In this document: one piece after another, positions 52,906-64,000 of the stretch
Numbering within the stretch: the stretch's first letter is position 1
Layout of the letters: every line of letters begins with the position of its first letter
Assembly (NCBI GenBank): GCA_951406725.2
Contig: OX597816.1
Location: 64,852,001-64,916,000, forward strand
Source of the DNA: Octopus vulgaris
Lineage: Eukaryota
Reading direction: 5' to 3'
Length of the DNA: 64,000 nt
Program-made: the position numbers and the translations under genes
The notes under the pieces: model-generated
Databases searched by the model: none
What the model was told of the DNA's origin: nothing
What the model saw: the letters and a program-made list of their open reading frames with translations, nothing else

Positions 52906-54559
52906 TGCATACAAATTCCCCACCCAAATTGAATATACAATTTTAAGAACAGGCACGTGCGCTGCGATTTGTGGGGCAGAACACACTACATTATATCGAT
53001 CCCATTATTCAACTTCCACTTCATTTCAAAGAACTCGTAAAGATGAAACACTAAGTTCACCTTTGTGGGATTCGAACTTAAGCAACTGAAACAAAAAAGC
53101 GCCAGCCAATTTGTCGGACGCTTTAATTATTCTCACGTTCCATTACCATTTGAGGCGAATACAAAATAACAGCAAGTTACTGGCTTTTATGAAATACCAT
53201 GGCAACCGATATTTGCGTAGGAACTGAAAATGATTCTGCATATCGAACAGCGTTTAGTAGATAGAAAACTGTCTGCATCTAGTAAAATTCCTTTTCAAAG
53301 ACGTAAACACTCATAGAATCGCAGTAGTTACAGTGAAATATTCAGTAGTTAGACTTATTGAACTGCAATATTCAATTATGCGCAGAGCGGGAATAGCAAC
53401 TGATACTTGGATTTCCTGCGGGTTGTCTTTTCCTTTTATTATCGGGGTTCTATGTTCGACAGGATATTAACCGTTTCGTTTATATACCAGTCACAGCAAT
53501 AACTTGTGCTCCTTTATTTATTATTTTATCTGAACAGAAAGTTAGTTATAATAATTTGTTTAGGCTTTGTTCTTTTTTACAATAAAATATTACATTAAAA
53601 ACAACTTTGTTTAATTCGATTTTTGTGCAATTTGACCAATTTTATGTCAACGTTTTAAAACAAACAAAATCTTAGGTGGCAGGATTAACCTAGTTGGTAC
53701 AAACATGTAAGAAAGAGGAATTTAGAGATTGCCAGAGAGAAAAGAATAAATATGATTGGTGCTTTCTGTCATTAATAGTGTTCGAAGTAATAATTTCAGA
53801 AGATAAAGGACGGCTGATTGAAAGTAAAGAATTAAGAGTGGGACCCATCGAGTACCTTCTGACCTACATAATTCAAACTTTAAAGATCTATGTCTTACAA
53901 TCGTTAATTAAAATTCTTATTTAAAATGATTCATCTCAAATGATGGCATTTTTTTTAGTCACAAAGTTGCTCTGATCAAATATTTCAAAGAAAAAATTTG
54001 TGTAGACTTGACCTTCTTACTTTCCGAAGCATGGTGCACGTAAATTTACATTATTTGGTCACCATTTTTCAAAACATGTGATTGGTTATGTTTGATGAAA
54101 ACTTTGCTGCCATTTCAAGCGGGCAAACGCATAGATGCTTTCTTGTTAGCACAAGTTCTAGAAAGTAAAACCCAATGTTGATTCAAATGTGTTTTAGATA
54201 TTAAGTTCATATTATTGCCTGAAATATGGAACAGAAGTTGTACACTTAAATTGCTATGATCCTTTTCAGATAGAGAACTTCCTCAGAGGATAATTTGACG
54301 AGAAATAAAAAAAAAACATCAGATTTTCGCAACTAACCTGAAGAAACTGCAACTGATGAGGAACGGAAGATAATATGGGCGTCATACATCTCCTAATATG
54401 GAAATAGTAGGAGAGAGAAACTGGGTGAGAGAGGGAGATGAAAACAGAAATGAAAGGTAGAAAGAGAAACGAGTGAGGGTCAGGTTTGTAGAAAAGTTAA
54501 TGGGAGAGGAGAGTTGAAGGATAAGAATGGGATAACTGATAGGGATAAGAATGGGATAA

Positions 54560-54975
54560 GGCGGCGAGCTGGCAGAAACTTGAGCACGCCGGGTGAAATG
54601 CGTAGCGGTATTTCGTCTGCCGTTACGTTCTGAGTTCAAATTCCGCCAAGGTCGACTTTGCCTTTCATCCTTTCGGGGTCGATTAAATAAGTACCAGTTA
54701 CGTAGAGGAGTCGATGTAATGGACTTAATCCGTTTGTCTGTCCTTGTTTGTCCTCTCTGTGTTTATCCCCTTGTGGGCAGTAAAGAAATAGGTATTTCGT
54801 CTGCCGTTACATTCTGAGTTCAAATTCCGCCGAGGTCGACTTTGCCTTTCATCCTTTTGGGGTCGATAAATTAAGTACCAGTTATGCACTGTGGTCGATG
54901 TAATCGACTTAATCCCTTTGTCTGTCCTTGTTTGTCCCCTATATGTTTAGCCCCTTGTGGGCAATAAACAAATAA
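54560..54975 (+). mobile_element. SINE family A, tandem 1.7-mer
   Basis: Full copy at 54560-54790 followed directly by a headless copy at 54791-54975; ATGGGATAA is repeated on both flanks. Confidence 0.9.
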
Positions 54976-55344
54976 GCATGGGATAACTGAACTAAGAAGA
55001 GGTTTTGAAAGAGAAGAAAAATATCCGTTTAAACCGGTCGGTAGAATGGTTCCGACTTTGAACATAAAACGTTTTCTTTCAGTTTCCTTAATTTTACGGA
55101 TCCATATTGAGCATATCCTGCACACATAATCGTTATTGTTGTTGGCGGTGGAGTATAAGTTAATCCTGATCGTGTCGATATGTTCTAAAATATATTTCTA
55201 TTGACAACATTCAAACTTAGACTTAGTATACCCATACCAATAATATCTGCGTTGCTTCCTTTATGACTTGAAGATATGTTTTGAGAAATTTCGGATGCGT
55301 ATATTGTAGCACAGTGAGGAATCATGCAGTGGCTTCTTTTGCCT

Positions 55345-55495
55345 CGTGTGGTAAGTAGCTTGCTTACCAAGCACATGGTTCCGGGTTCAGTCCCACTGAG
55401 TGGTACATTGGGCAAGTGTCTTCTACTATAGTCTCGGGCCGACCAAAGCCTTGTGAGTGGATTTGGTAGACGGAAACTGAAAGAAGCCCGTCGTA

Positions 55496-55576
<81 letters not shown>

Positions 55577-55800
55577 TTGTGTGTGTGTATATTTGTGTGT
55601 CTGTGTTTGTCCACCCAACATCGCTTAACAACCGATGGTGGTGTGTTTACGTCCCCGTAAATTAGCGGTTCGACAAAAGAGACCCATGGAATAAGTACTA
55701 AGCTTACAAAGAATAAGTCCCGGGGTCGATTTGCTCAACTAAAAGACGGTGCTCCAGCATGGCCGCAGTCAAATGACTGAAACAAGTAAAAGAGTAAGAT
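55345..55800 (+). mobile_element. SINE family B
   Basis: Nearly full-length, low-divergence copy. Confidence 0.9.
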
Positions 55801-55929
55801 GAGTATATTTCATTGGGGTTTAAATTGTTTTGAAATATTTAGGTTCATGTAAGAATATAAAATCAAGAACTAGTAACACGTAAATTTATGTTACTCTGCT
55901 CTCACACTTGTGTAGTTTCCATGAAGTGT

Positions 55930-55945
55930 TGTTGTTGCTGCTGCG

Positions 55946-55983
<38 letters not shown>

Positions 55984-56379
55984 AGTTGCTGCTGCTGTTG
56001 AGCACTGTTGCTGTTGAGCGAACGGTCTTCGTCCCAGAGCTCGCAAAATGGGAGAAGTCCGAAACGTGCTCCTTTGCTATTCGTAAGACCCGCAGAAGAG
56101 AAAGCAGGTCGACCCCCGACACCGAGAGCATCGACAGATGGATGAATGCGCATCCAGGCTCAGTGGTTGCGTAGGAAGTCGGGGACAAGAAACAGGAAGA
56201 AAGAGTGAGAGAAAGTTGGAGCGAAAGAGTTCAACAGGGGTCAACACCACCCCATGCCAGAGCGTCGTGGAGCTTTAGGTGTTTTCGCTCAATAAACACA
56301 CACAACGCCCGATCTGGGAATCGAAACCGCGATCCTCCGACCGTGAGTCCGCTGCCCTAACCACTGGGCCATTGCGCCT
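55930..56379 (-). mobile_element. tRNA-derived SINE family C with (CAG/CAA)n tail
   Basis: Minus-strand head AGGCGCAATGGCCCAGTGGTTAGGGCAGCGG..GGTTTCGATTCCC with A and B boxes; ends GAAGACCGTTCGCTCAACAGCAACAG followed by (CAG)n. Confidence 0.8.
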
Positions 56380-57004
56380 TTGCTGCTGCTGCTGATGTTG
56401 CTGTTGTTGCTGCTGCAGTTATGGCTGTTATTGTTTGTTACTCTGCTGTTGCTTAACCCTTGGCTAAGTCACATGGAGCAGAGGTTTGTTGAATTTCATT
56501 CCACAGTCATTGTACCGTTCAGCATCTTCTCCATTTCTTACACCGTAGATGGATCTTCGTTAATTTCGACGATGAGTATTCAAATGTTGATGTGCTGAAC
56601 TACTTGATCAGAGAATTATTAGATAAGTTACTAACTATTCCATAGACATGTCTATCCTCACCGTAATTACCGGACAGAATCAGTGTCAAGATATATATAT
56701 AAGACAAAGCTATCTGTTTACAAATGCAACCCATCTTACGATTTTTCACATAGCTTTTGTCCCTTAAATACCATTTAAAATGAATGGATCAATATGAAGA
56801 CATAATAAAAGATACTTAGATGACATGTAAAATGATCGAAGCCAATTTTTTTGAGATAGCGCTGTGAGTAGTGTAACTATTCACCCACACCGGGGTGAAC
56901 GCTATTATCCAATACTTCAGACTACACAGGGCGATTTACAGGATAATTAGCTTCTATATCTAGAAAACGTATGACTATGTAGATATAATTTTCTTATCCA
57001 TTTA

Positions 57005-57570
57005 TTGGGTTGTCCGGAAAGTTAGTGCCGATTTATTGTAGCTTACCTTTCGACTTATTTTAGAACATGTTTGGGTCCATAAAATAGGATTTCACTACAC
57101 GTCCATTTAGAGCACAGTTTAAGCTATCTTTTCGTGGAAGAAAGTTTATGTTCCTATAACCTCTGTCAATTCTGTAACCTTTTAAAATGGAAGATAAGAA
57201 AGTTCATTTTCAGTACTTGATACTTTGGGAACCAGACAAAAATTGCTGCAGCTCGACTGGAATGTGTTACCCCATCCTTCATATTCACCAAATTTTGCTC
57301 CTTCAGATTTCCACTTATTCAGGTCTCTGCAGAATGGTCTTAATGGTAAAAATTTCAATTCCTTGGATTACGTAAAAAGATACCTTGATGAATTATTTGC
57401 CATGAAACCACCTCAATTCCGGGAAGAGGGTATTTTCAAGTTAAAGAAAAGATGGAGACGCATTGTGCAACAAAATGGTTCATATGTGGTTGATTAATAA
57501 TGTAATGGCAAGTATTTATTGACCTTTTTCTTTCATTTACAAATCGGCACGAACTTTCCGGACAACCCAA
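57005..57570 (+). mobile_element. Internally deleted non-autonomous mariner, copy 3
   Basis: TIRs with TA on both sides; MEDKKVHFQYLILWE is fused out of frame to TRQKLLQLDWNVLPHPSYSPNFAPSDFHLF. Confidence 0.95.
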
Positions 57571-57940
57571 TATTTAGCGTGATTCGTGTGTGGCATTTTA
57601 TCAGACTATGAAGAAAAGATATATGGTAAATTAATTTAACCAATCATAACACAGGTTATTGCTAATGGCTTTTGGCTGCAGATCATTCAGTCATCGCTTA
57701 GGATATATAGACATTACTTCAAATACAGAAGAAATCTAATTAAAATACCAATGACGATGTGGATATCGTACATTACACCTTTTGCAGAACATCAAATCCT
57801 AAAATCCGAACAAATTCAAAAATCACGTCCATAATTTTATTCACATCATCTCCTTCTCACATAAAGCTGCCACAGAGGAAATTTGAATTCATCTGAGTAT
57901 GCGTGTGTTTGTATATGTATACAAAAATACACTCGTACGA

Positions 57941-57997
<57 letters not shown>

Positions 57998-58013
57998 CAT
58001 ATATATATACATT

Positions 58014-58067
<54 letters not shown>

Positions 58068-59899
58068 TATATATGCACATATATATGTATATACATATAT
58101 ATATATGTGTGTGTATGTATATATATATATATATTTACATATATAATATAAACGCATATATTTTCATATATATATATATATATGGATAGATATGTATAGG
58201 CACACACACACATATATATATATCCTTATATATATAAAAGTATATCCATATATATATATATGTGTGTGTGTGTGTTGTAAATATATGTGTATTTGTTGTT
58301 TGTGTCTGTGTGTTGTGTGTTTATTTGCATTCGTAATTTTATAGCCTCACTCTCTAACCTCAATAACTAATCTCCACAGATCAGTATGAAATCCACCCAC
58401 GCACCCTGATTACTTTCGCATGATTACTTCTTGATAAACCTCACACCATTGAGGGGAATAGAATCTAGAGACGTTAATCCTCCTTCTATTAACCCATTTG
58501 TACTTCGAAATGATACGCGTCTTTCGTTTGCCAGTTTGGCGCCATGCAAATCAGATAAGATTTGTGTTTGATTTGATAGAATGCAATTTCCATGATAAAA
58601 CAGTGATACATGAACATTAACGTTATCGATTTTATGCTAGAAAAAGTTATATAATTATAAACATCGGCACACACATGTAACATTACTTTCTGAAATAGAA
58701 ACGGTTGAAAGGTGAAAGTATCAACAGACATGACAATAAAAATTTGAAGGAAATTTATTATTCTGGTTTGTATATATAATACATAGCAACTAACTCAACT
58801 TGCGAACTAAGTTTTTATTTCTGTACTCTATATATTTTCCGACAACCACCATTACCAGCACGTTTTATATTCCTTCTATGATTTACTATCAGGGCCATCC
58901 TCAATGTCTGACTACCGGAGATCTCACCTGACAGTAATTTCAACGTGGAGAAACAACCATATCGACTTTCTTGTTACTCTATACTGAGCGACCGGATATT
59001 ATAGTAGCATGTACAGAGGGATCACATGGAACAATCATGTTCTAAGTCTGGCAAAAATCCGAAAAAATAAAAAGAAATAAAAATGTAAAAGGAAAAAGAA
59101 AATGTATTGGAGTAGTTTGCTAGGTTGTGTACGTACTTCCTGCAAATGAAAACCGATATTTTTATTGGTAATAGAGTGAACTAAAAGTATCTGTTGGCAA
59201 TAATATCTTCTCTGAAACAAGTTACTGTTTTCGATTTGAGCAGCTGTAGATTTTATTTACTTATTTAATGTTTTTCGTATCTAATTTTTTTCTTATTGTT
59301 ATTATTTCTCTTGTTATTATTGTTATCGCTGTTGATGACGTTAAGGTTTTTTTCCCTACATTCTTTCGTTTTGTACGAAGCATCAAATCTTCTGTCACCT
59401 TTTGCCTGTAGGAAAAGTTGATAGAAAAGAAAATGCATTATCGTCTCCAGAACTTATATTTTAGTTCGTTAATTCTATTGTTGTATACTATTTATTCCGA
59501 CATCGATCTAAAAATACTAATAGAAGTATGATGTAATTGAAAAGCTTTTCTAAAATTGATGAATGGTTTAGAAATACGCAAGTGCGCAGTGTAAATTCTT
59601 CATAACTATAGTCGAGAGCTGATCCTCCTGACAATTTAATTTGTAGCTATCGGCAAACGTTCTAAACTTCTATATTTTTGTACTCTCCTGTGGAAAAACA
59701 TAGTAGACTATGTAGAAAACCTTGTGCATTGATAATCTTTACTAAATTACAAATGTCTAAGCTGTGCATTAGCAGCAAATAGTATTATTTTATGGTAATT
59801 TTCATTTTGGCGTGGCTGGCACAACCCACCTCCTAGCTTAACTCTACAGAAGGATGTGTACGTTCATTCTTCCTACCTAAATAATAAAAAATATATCAC

Positions 59900-60230
59900 G
59901 GATGTGGCTTTGTGGTAGGAAGCTTGCTGTCCAATCACATGCTTTGGGCTCAGTCCCACTGCGTGGCACCTTGGGCGAGTGTTTACAACAATAGCCCCAG
60001 GACGAGGAAATCCTTGTGAGTGGATTTGGTAAACGGGAACTGAATGATGCCCGTCGAATGTGCGTGTGTGTCTTTGTGTCTGTGTTTATCCACCCACCGT
60101 CGCTTGACAACTGGTGTTGGTGTGTTTACGTCCCAGTAACTTAGCGGTTCTGCATAAGAGACCGATAGAATATGTACAAGTCTTTAAAAAAATAAATCCT
60201 GGCCGCAGTAAAATAGCAGAAACAAATAAA
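59900..60230 (+). mobile_element. SINE family B, diverged
   Basis: TGGCTTTGTGGTAGGAAGCTTGCT..CACCTTGGGCGAGTG..GTAACTTAGCGGTTC. Confidence 0.8.
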
Positions 60231-60487
60231 ATAATTAAAATGTTAAAGAAGTGATTTTAAATTCTCAAACGCAGGATAATGCTAATAATATAGCCTGAAC
60301 AGGATAAGCTACCCCTATTTTGCAGAAACGCCTCTAAAGTAAACTTCGTTTGTTGGTTCACGTTCATCGTAATTTGAATTTAAAATAATTAAAATATATA
60401 TGATTGATTCACGCAAAGAAATTTGTTGAATATTCAGTTTGATTTCTTTAGCGGCACACCTTTTATATGCAATGAAGTTGACTAAAA

Positions 60488-60723
60488 CAGCTGACTAAAA
60501 CAAATTCTCGCGACTCTACCTTGTTTTGTTATTGAGAACTTTATGTCATGGCACTACCAGGTTATTGATAATCACCTATCATGTGTTCTGGGCTTCAAAT
60601 ATTTCTTTTCTTAACGCAGCTGACTAAAACATATTCCCGCGATTCTACCTTGTTTTGTTACTGAGAATTTTATGTCACGGCACTACGAGGTTATTGATAA
60701 TCACCTATCATGTGTTCTGGGCT
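60488..60723. repeat. Tandem duplication of a 107-bp unit
   Basis: Copies at 60488-60594 and 60617-60723 (CAGCTGACTAAAAC...ATGTGTTCTGGGCT) with a few substitutions. Confidence 0.9.
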
Positions 60724-61906
60724 AATATATATGGAGAGACATTAAGTTATACTGAAAAATATGATCGAATGTATATTATATCGAATTAGCAGCTGTGGGT
60801 TTTTATCTGGCGTCAATATTTCTAAAGCAGACATAAGATTGAGTCGCCCGCAAAATTAATATTACAATACACCAATTTATATTCAGAATACAGTCAAAGA
60901 CTTCTTTTATACGGTTTATCCCGATGAGCATTACTCGTATCAGGGATGATAATTTACTGTAATCGATTATAAATACAGAAATCTCGGTCAATTGCTAATA
61001 CAATATATGCTTCTGTGGTTCATAAAAGGTTTGGTATCATTTGCTATTTATTAACAGAATTCAAATGTTTGTAGTTGACATCTCGGTATTATATATTTCG
61101 ATACTCGCCCAAGCTATCTTACAATACATTAGATTGGTTCTAGATAAAGAATATATAAATATCATAAATTAGTCATGAGGTGTCCTGCTAAAAAGAAAGT
61201 AGAAAAGTGTTTCGTAATTCATGTGCTTTCCAATGACGTCACCTCTAAATTCATTCATAACAAGCTGAATGTTCATGTAGAGAGGATAGAATAGTGGAAT
61301 GGGAAATTATTCAAACGGATGTATTTTCGCGTAGAATGATAGCTGTCTTGTTATATTGTAGAAATTTATAGTTCCTTACTACCATATAACATAGTGATAT
61401 CTTTTATTCAATTTAATATCAATGCAATAGCTAGAAGTTAGCCACGATTTTGACTTTCGACTGAGAGTATTTCAAACAAGATGACAACGAACAAGATATG
61501 AATACTTTTTTTCTATTACACGACCATAAACCTACGGAGCCAGCACGTTCGATGGCGCTCTTACCGATTCTTTGCATAGGTTAATTATAATAAATTTGTA
61601 AAATCTTCTTAACTATTGTCAACTAAATTGGCTCTGCTAGCACTGCTCCAGTATAAATATACCTTATTTAGTAAACATATAATAGGGATGACCATTCCTT
61701 TCTTAGAACATTCCTTCATAGTGGTAAGACCATAGCGGATCTACTTCTAGCATATGGATGTCCATGTAGTGGTGCTCCTTCTTATATGTATGTAATACAA
61801 TTTTTTCTGTATCTTCAGATTTTAATATGCTAGATCACTGGTTTTAAATTGATATTAATCTAATTGATTTTCATCCTTATTTAGTATATATACATATATA
61901 TATGTG

Positions 61907-61945
<39 letters not shown>

Positions 61946-62399
61946 CTGTGTGTGTTTATGTATATATATATATATATAAGTAAAGCACTCAGAACTAGCG
62001 AGATAGTACGTCTGGGTGTTCCCTTACAGTAACTCATCAACTGAAAAAATTAAAAATCTTCATTAATTGAAGCCTTGAGTGTTTTAATTTCCATTTGAAT
62101 GTTCTATAAGCTCTGTCTAAATATATCGAGCACAATTGTTGTATTAACATTCACTAAGTTTTAATATATACTGCAAGAGTCAAATGAATACATATGTTTA
62201 TGCTAGCGAGTATGTATACTATGTGGTTCTGTGTGTGTGTGTGTGTATGGGTGTGTTTGTGTGTGTCCGTGTGGCAGTATGTGTGTTTGTATGTGTGTCT
62301 GCGTACGTGTGTTTCTGTATGATTGTGAATCTCTCTCTGTATGTTTTTTTGGGGTGGGGGGTTTCGATTATTAATAAGGGCAAAGAATGAAATAATCTC

Positions 62400-62613
62400 T
62401 TTTACCCTTTTACTCTTTTACTAGTTTCATTCATTTGACTGTGGCCATACTGGAGCACCGCATTTAGTCGAGCAAATCGACCCCAGGACTTATTCTTTGT
62501 AAGCCTAGTACTTATTCTATCGGTCTCTTTTGCTGAACTGCATCGGTTGTCAAGTGATTTTGGACGGGGGTACAAACACAGAGATACGTACAATGTACAG
62601 ACACACACACACA

Positions 62614-62712
<99 letters not shown>

Positions 62713-62872
62713 TTATAAATATATACGACGGGCTTCTTTCAATTACTGTCTAGCAAATCCACTCACAGGACTTTAGTAGACGACACTTGCCCAAGGTGCC
62801 ACACAGTGGGACTGAACCCGGAACCATGTGGTTGGTAAGCAAGTTACTTACGACACAGCGACTCCTACGCCT
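62400..62872 (-). mobile_element. SINE family B
   Basis: Head at 62872, internal (CA)n(TA)n, tail at 62400. Confidence 0.9.
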
Positions 62873-63629
62873 AAAAAAAAATCACTAAAAAAATAAAACA
62901 AAAAACCTAACACTCTTCGAAATGACATTCTTTGCTATATTTCGCTCTGCGTCGAAATCCAAACGTTGCCTTGATATTTCCCCCATCAGAAATACATTCT
63001 ACTTGCGATTTTCCTTAGTAAAACTGCCGCTAACCACACCGTTATCACTAACCACTCTGTAAAAGCATCTAATATAACAACACAACATAAAATAAGGAAT
63101 AAGCAAAAGCGCAATCAATTGATATTTGCATTCAATGCAAACACAGTTCTAAGACCGGACGTATATATTTAGAACCCATAAGACAGATGTAAGGTCAGCC
63201 TTAACGATCCACTAAAGTCACTTCTATTTACAGGTTGGATGACTTGTGAAAATGTTATAAGAAGCGATTATCACGACTATGTAAGGTGGCACAGCAGGAC
63301 ACAGCCAAGCGTACAGACAAGAACGGCGCCAGCAAATGAAAAGCCAGAGAGAAAATTGATGCACCAGTACATCTGCAGCCGTAGTTTCGTACACAAACGA
63401 ATGAACTAAAGAAATTTAGTGGCATAGTAATGAAACTTCTTCATGCATATGTATGTATGACTATGTTGATAACGGAACGAAAATATATGCTTGACAAAAC
63501 TTATTCATCAATACGAATATACAATCGGTACATACATACACACACACACTCGGGAGCGCGCACACACATACACACACATATAATTGATATTATTGTGTGT
63601 ATACATGTATCATATTTCCATATTAAGTC

Positions 63630-63664
<35 letters not shown>

Positions 63665-63755
63665 ATATGTATGTATATACATACATAAATATATATACAC
63701 ATGCATACATACATACATACACTTCTATATATGTATGTATATGAATGTATGTATG

Positions 63756-63791
<36 letters not shown>

Positions 63792-63795
<4 letters not shown>

Positions 63796-63905
63796 CATAG
63801 GAGTAGCTATGTGGTAAGAAGCTTGCTTCCAAACCACATGGCTCCGGGTTCAGTCCTGCTGCGTAACACCTTAGTCTAGTGTCTTTACTATAGCCTCGAG
63901 CCGAA
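63792..63905 (+). mobile_element. SINE family B head fragment
   Basis: GGAGTAGCTATGTGGTAAGAAGCTTGCTTCC..CGGGTTCAGTCC. Confidence 0.75.
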
Positions 63906-64000
63906 TGAAATTGTTCCTTATATATTGGAAGAAAAAAGCAAAATATAGACATAGTATTTCTCAATGACTCTAAAGCAGACTGCGGCAGCAGTACTGGGTA

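Noticed and set aside
56300-56379. tRNA gene
   Set aside because: A and B boxes are present but there is no proper acceptor stem and it continues into a SINE body; the same holds for the other SINE heads.

Overview
AT-rich, microsatellite-dense eukaryotic DNA. The SINE families and simple-repeat load point to an octopus (coleoid cephalopod) genome; this is inferred from repeat content. No host protein-coding gene can be called with confidence, and most supplied ORFs are translations of (TA)n, (CA)n, (TAA)n, (GATA)n or (CTG)n repeats. The window is an intergenic or intronic mosaic of transposable elements: four tRNA-derived SINE families (about 25 copies), five or six R4/Dong-clade RLE LINE fragments, an RTE-type and a Tx1-type LINE each with a 5' inversion, Penelope-like elements (canonical GIY-YIG and Naiad-like) with hammerhead-ribozyme motifs in pseudo-LTR remnants, three copies of one internally deleted mariner, and two other MITEs. 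The most interesting signals are a 28S rRNA-like segment directly after an R4/Dong ORF, intact and variant hammerhead motifs, foldback pLTRs centred on hammerhead half-sites, twin-priming-type inversions outside L1, and a MITE carrying telomere-like repeats. A few minus-strand exon candidates and decayed coding-like islands are low confidence.
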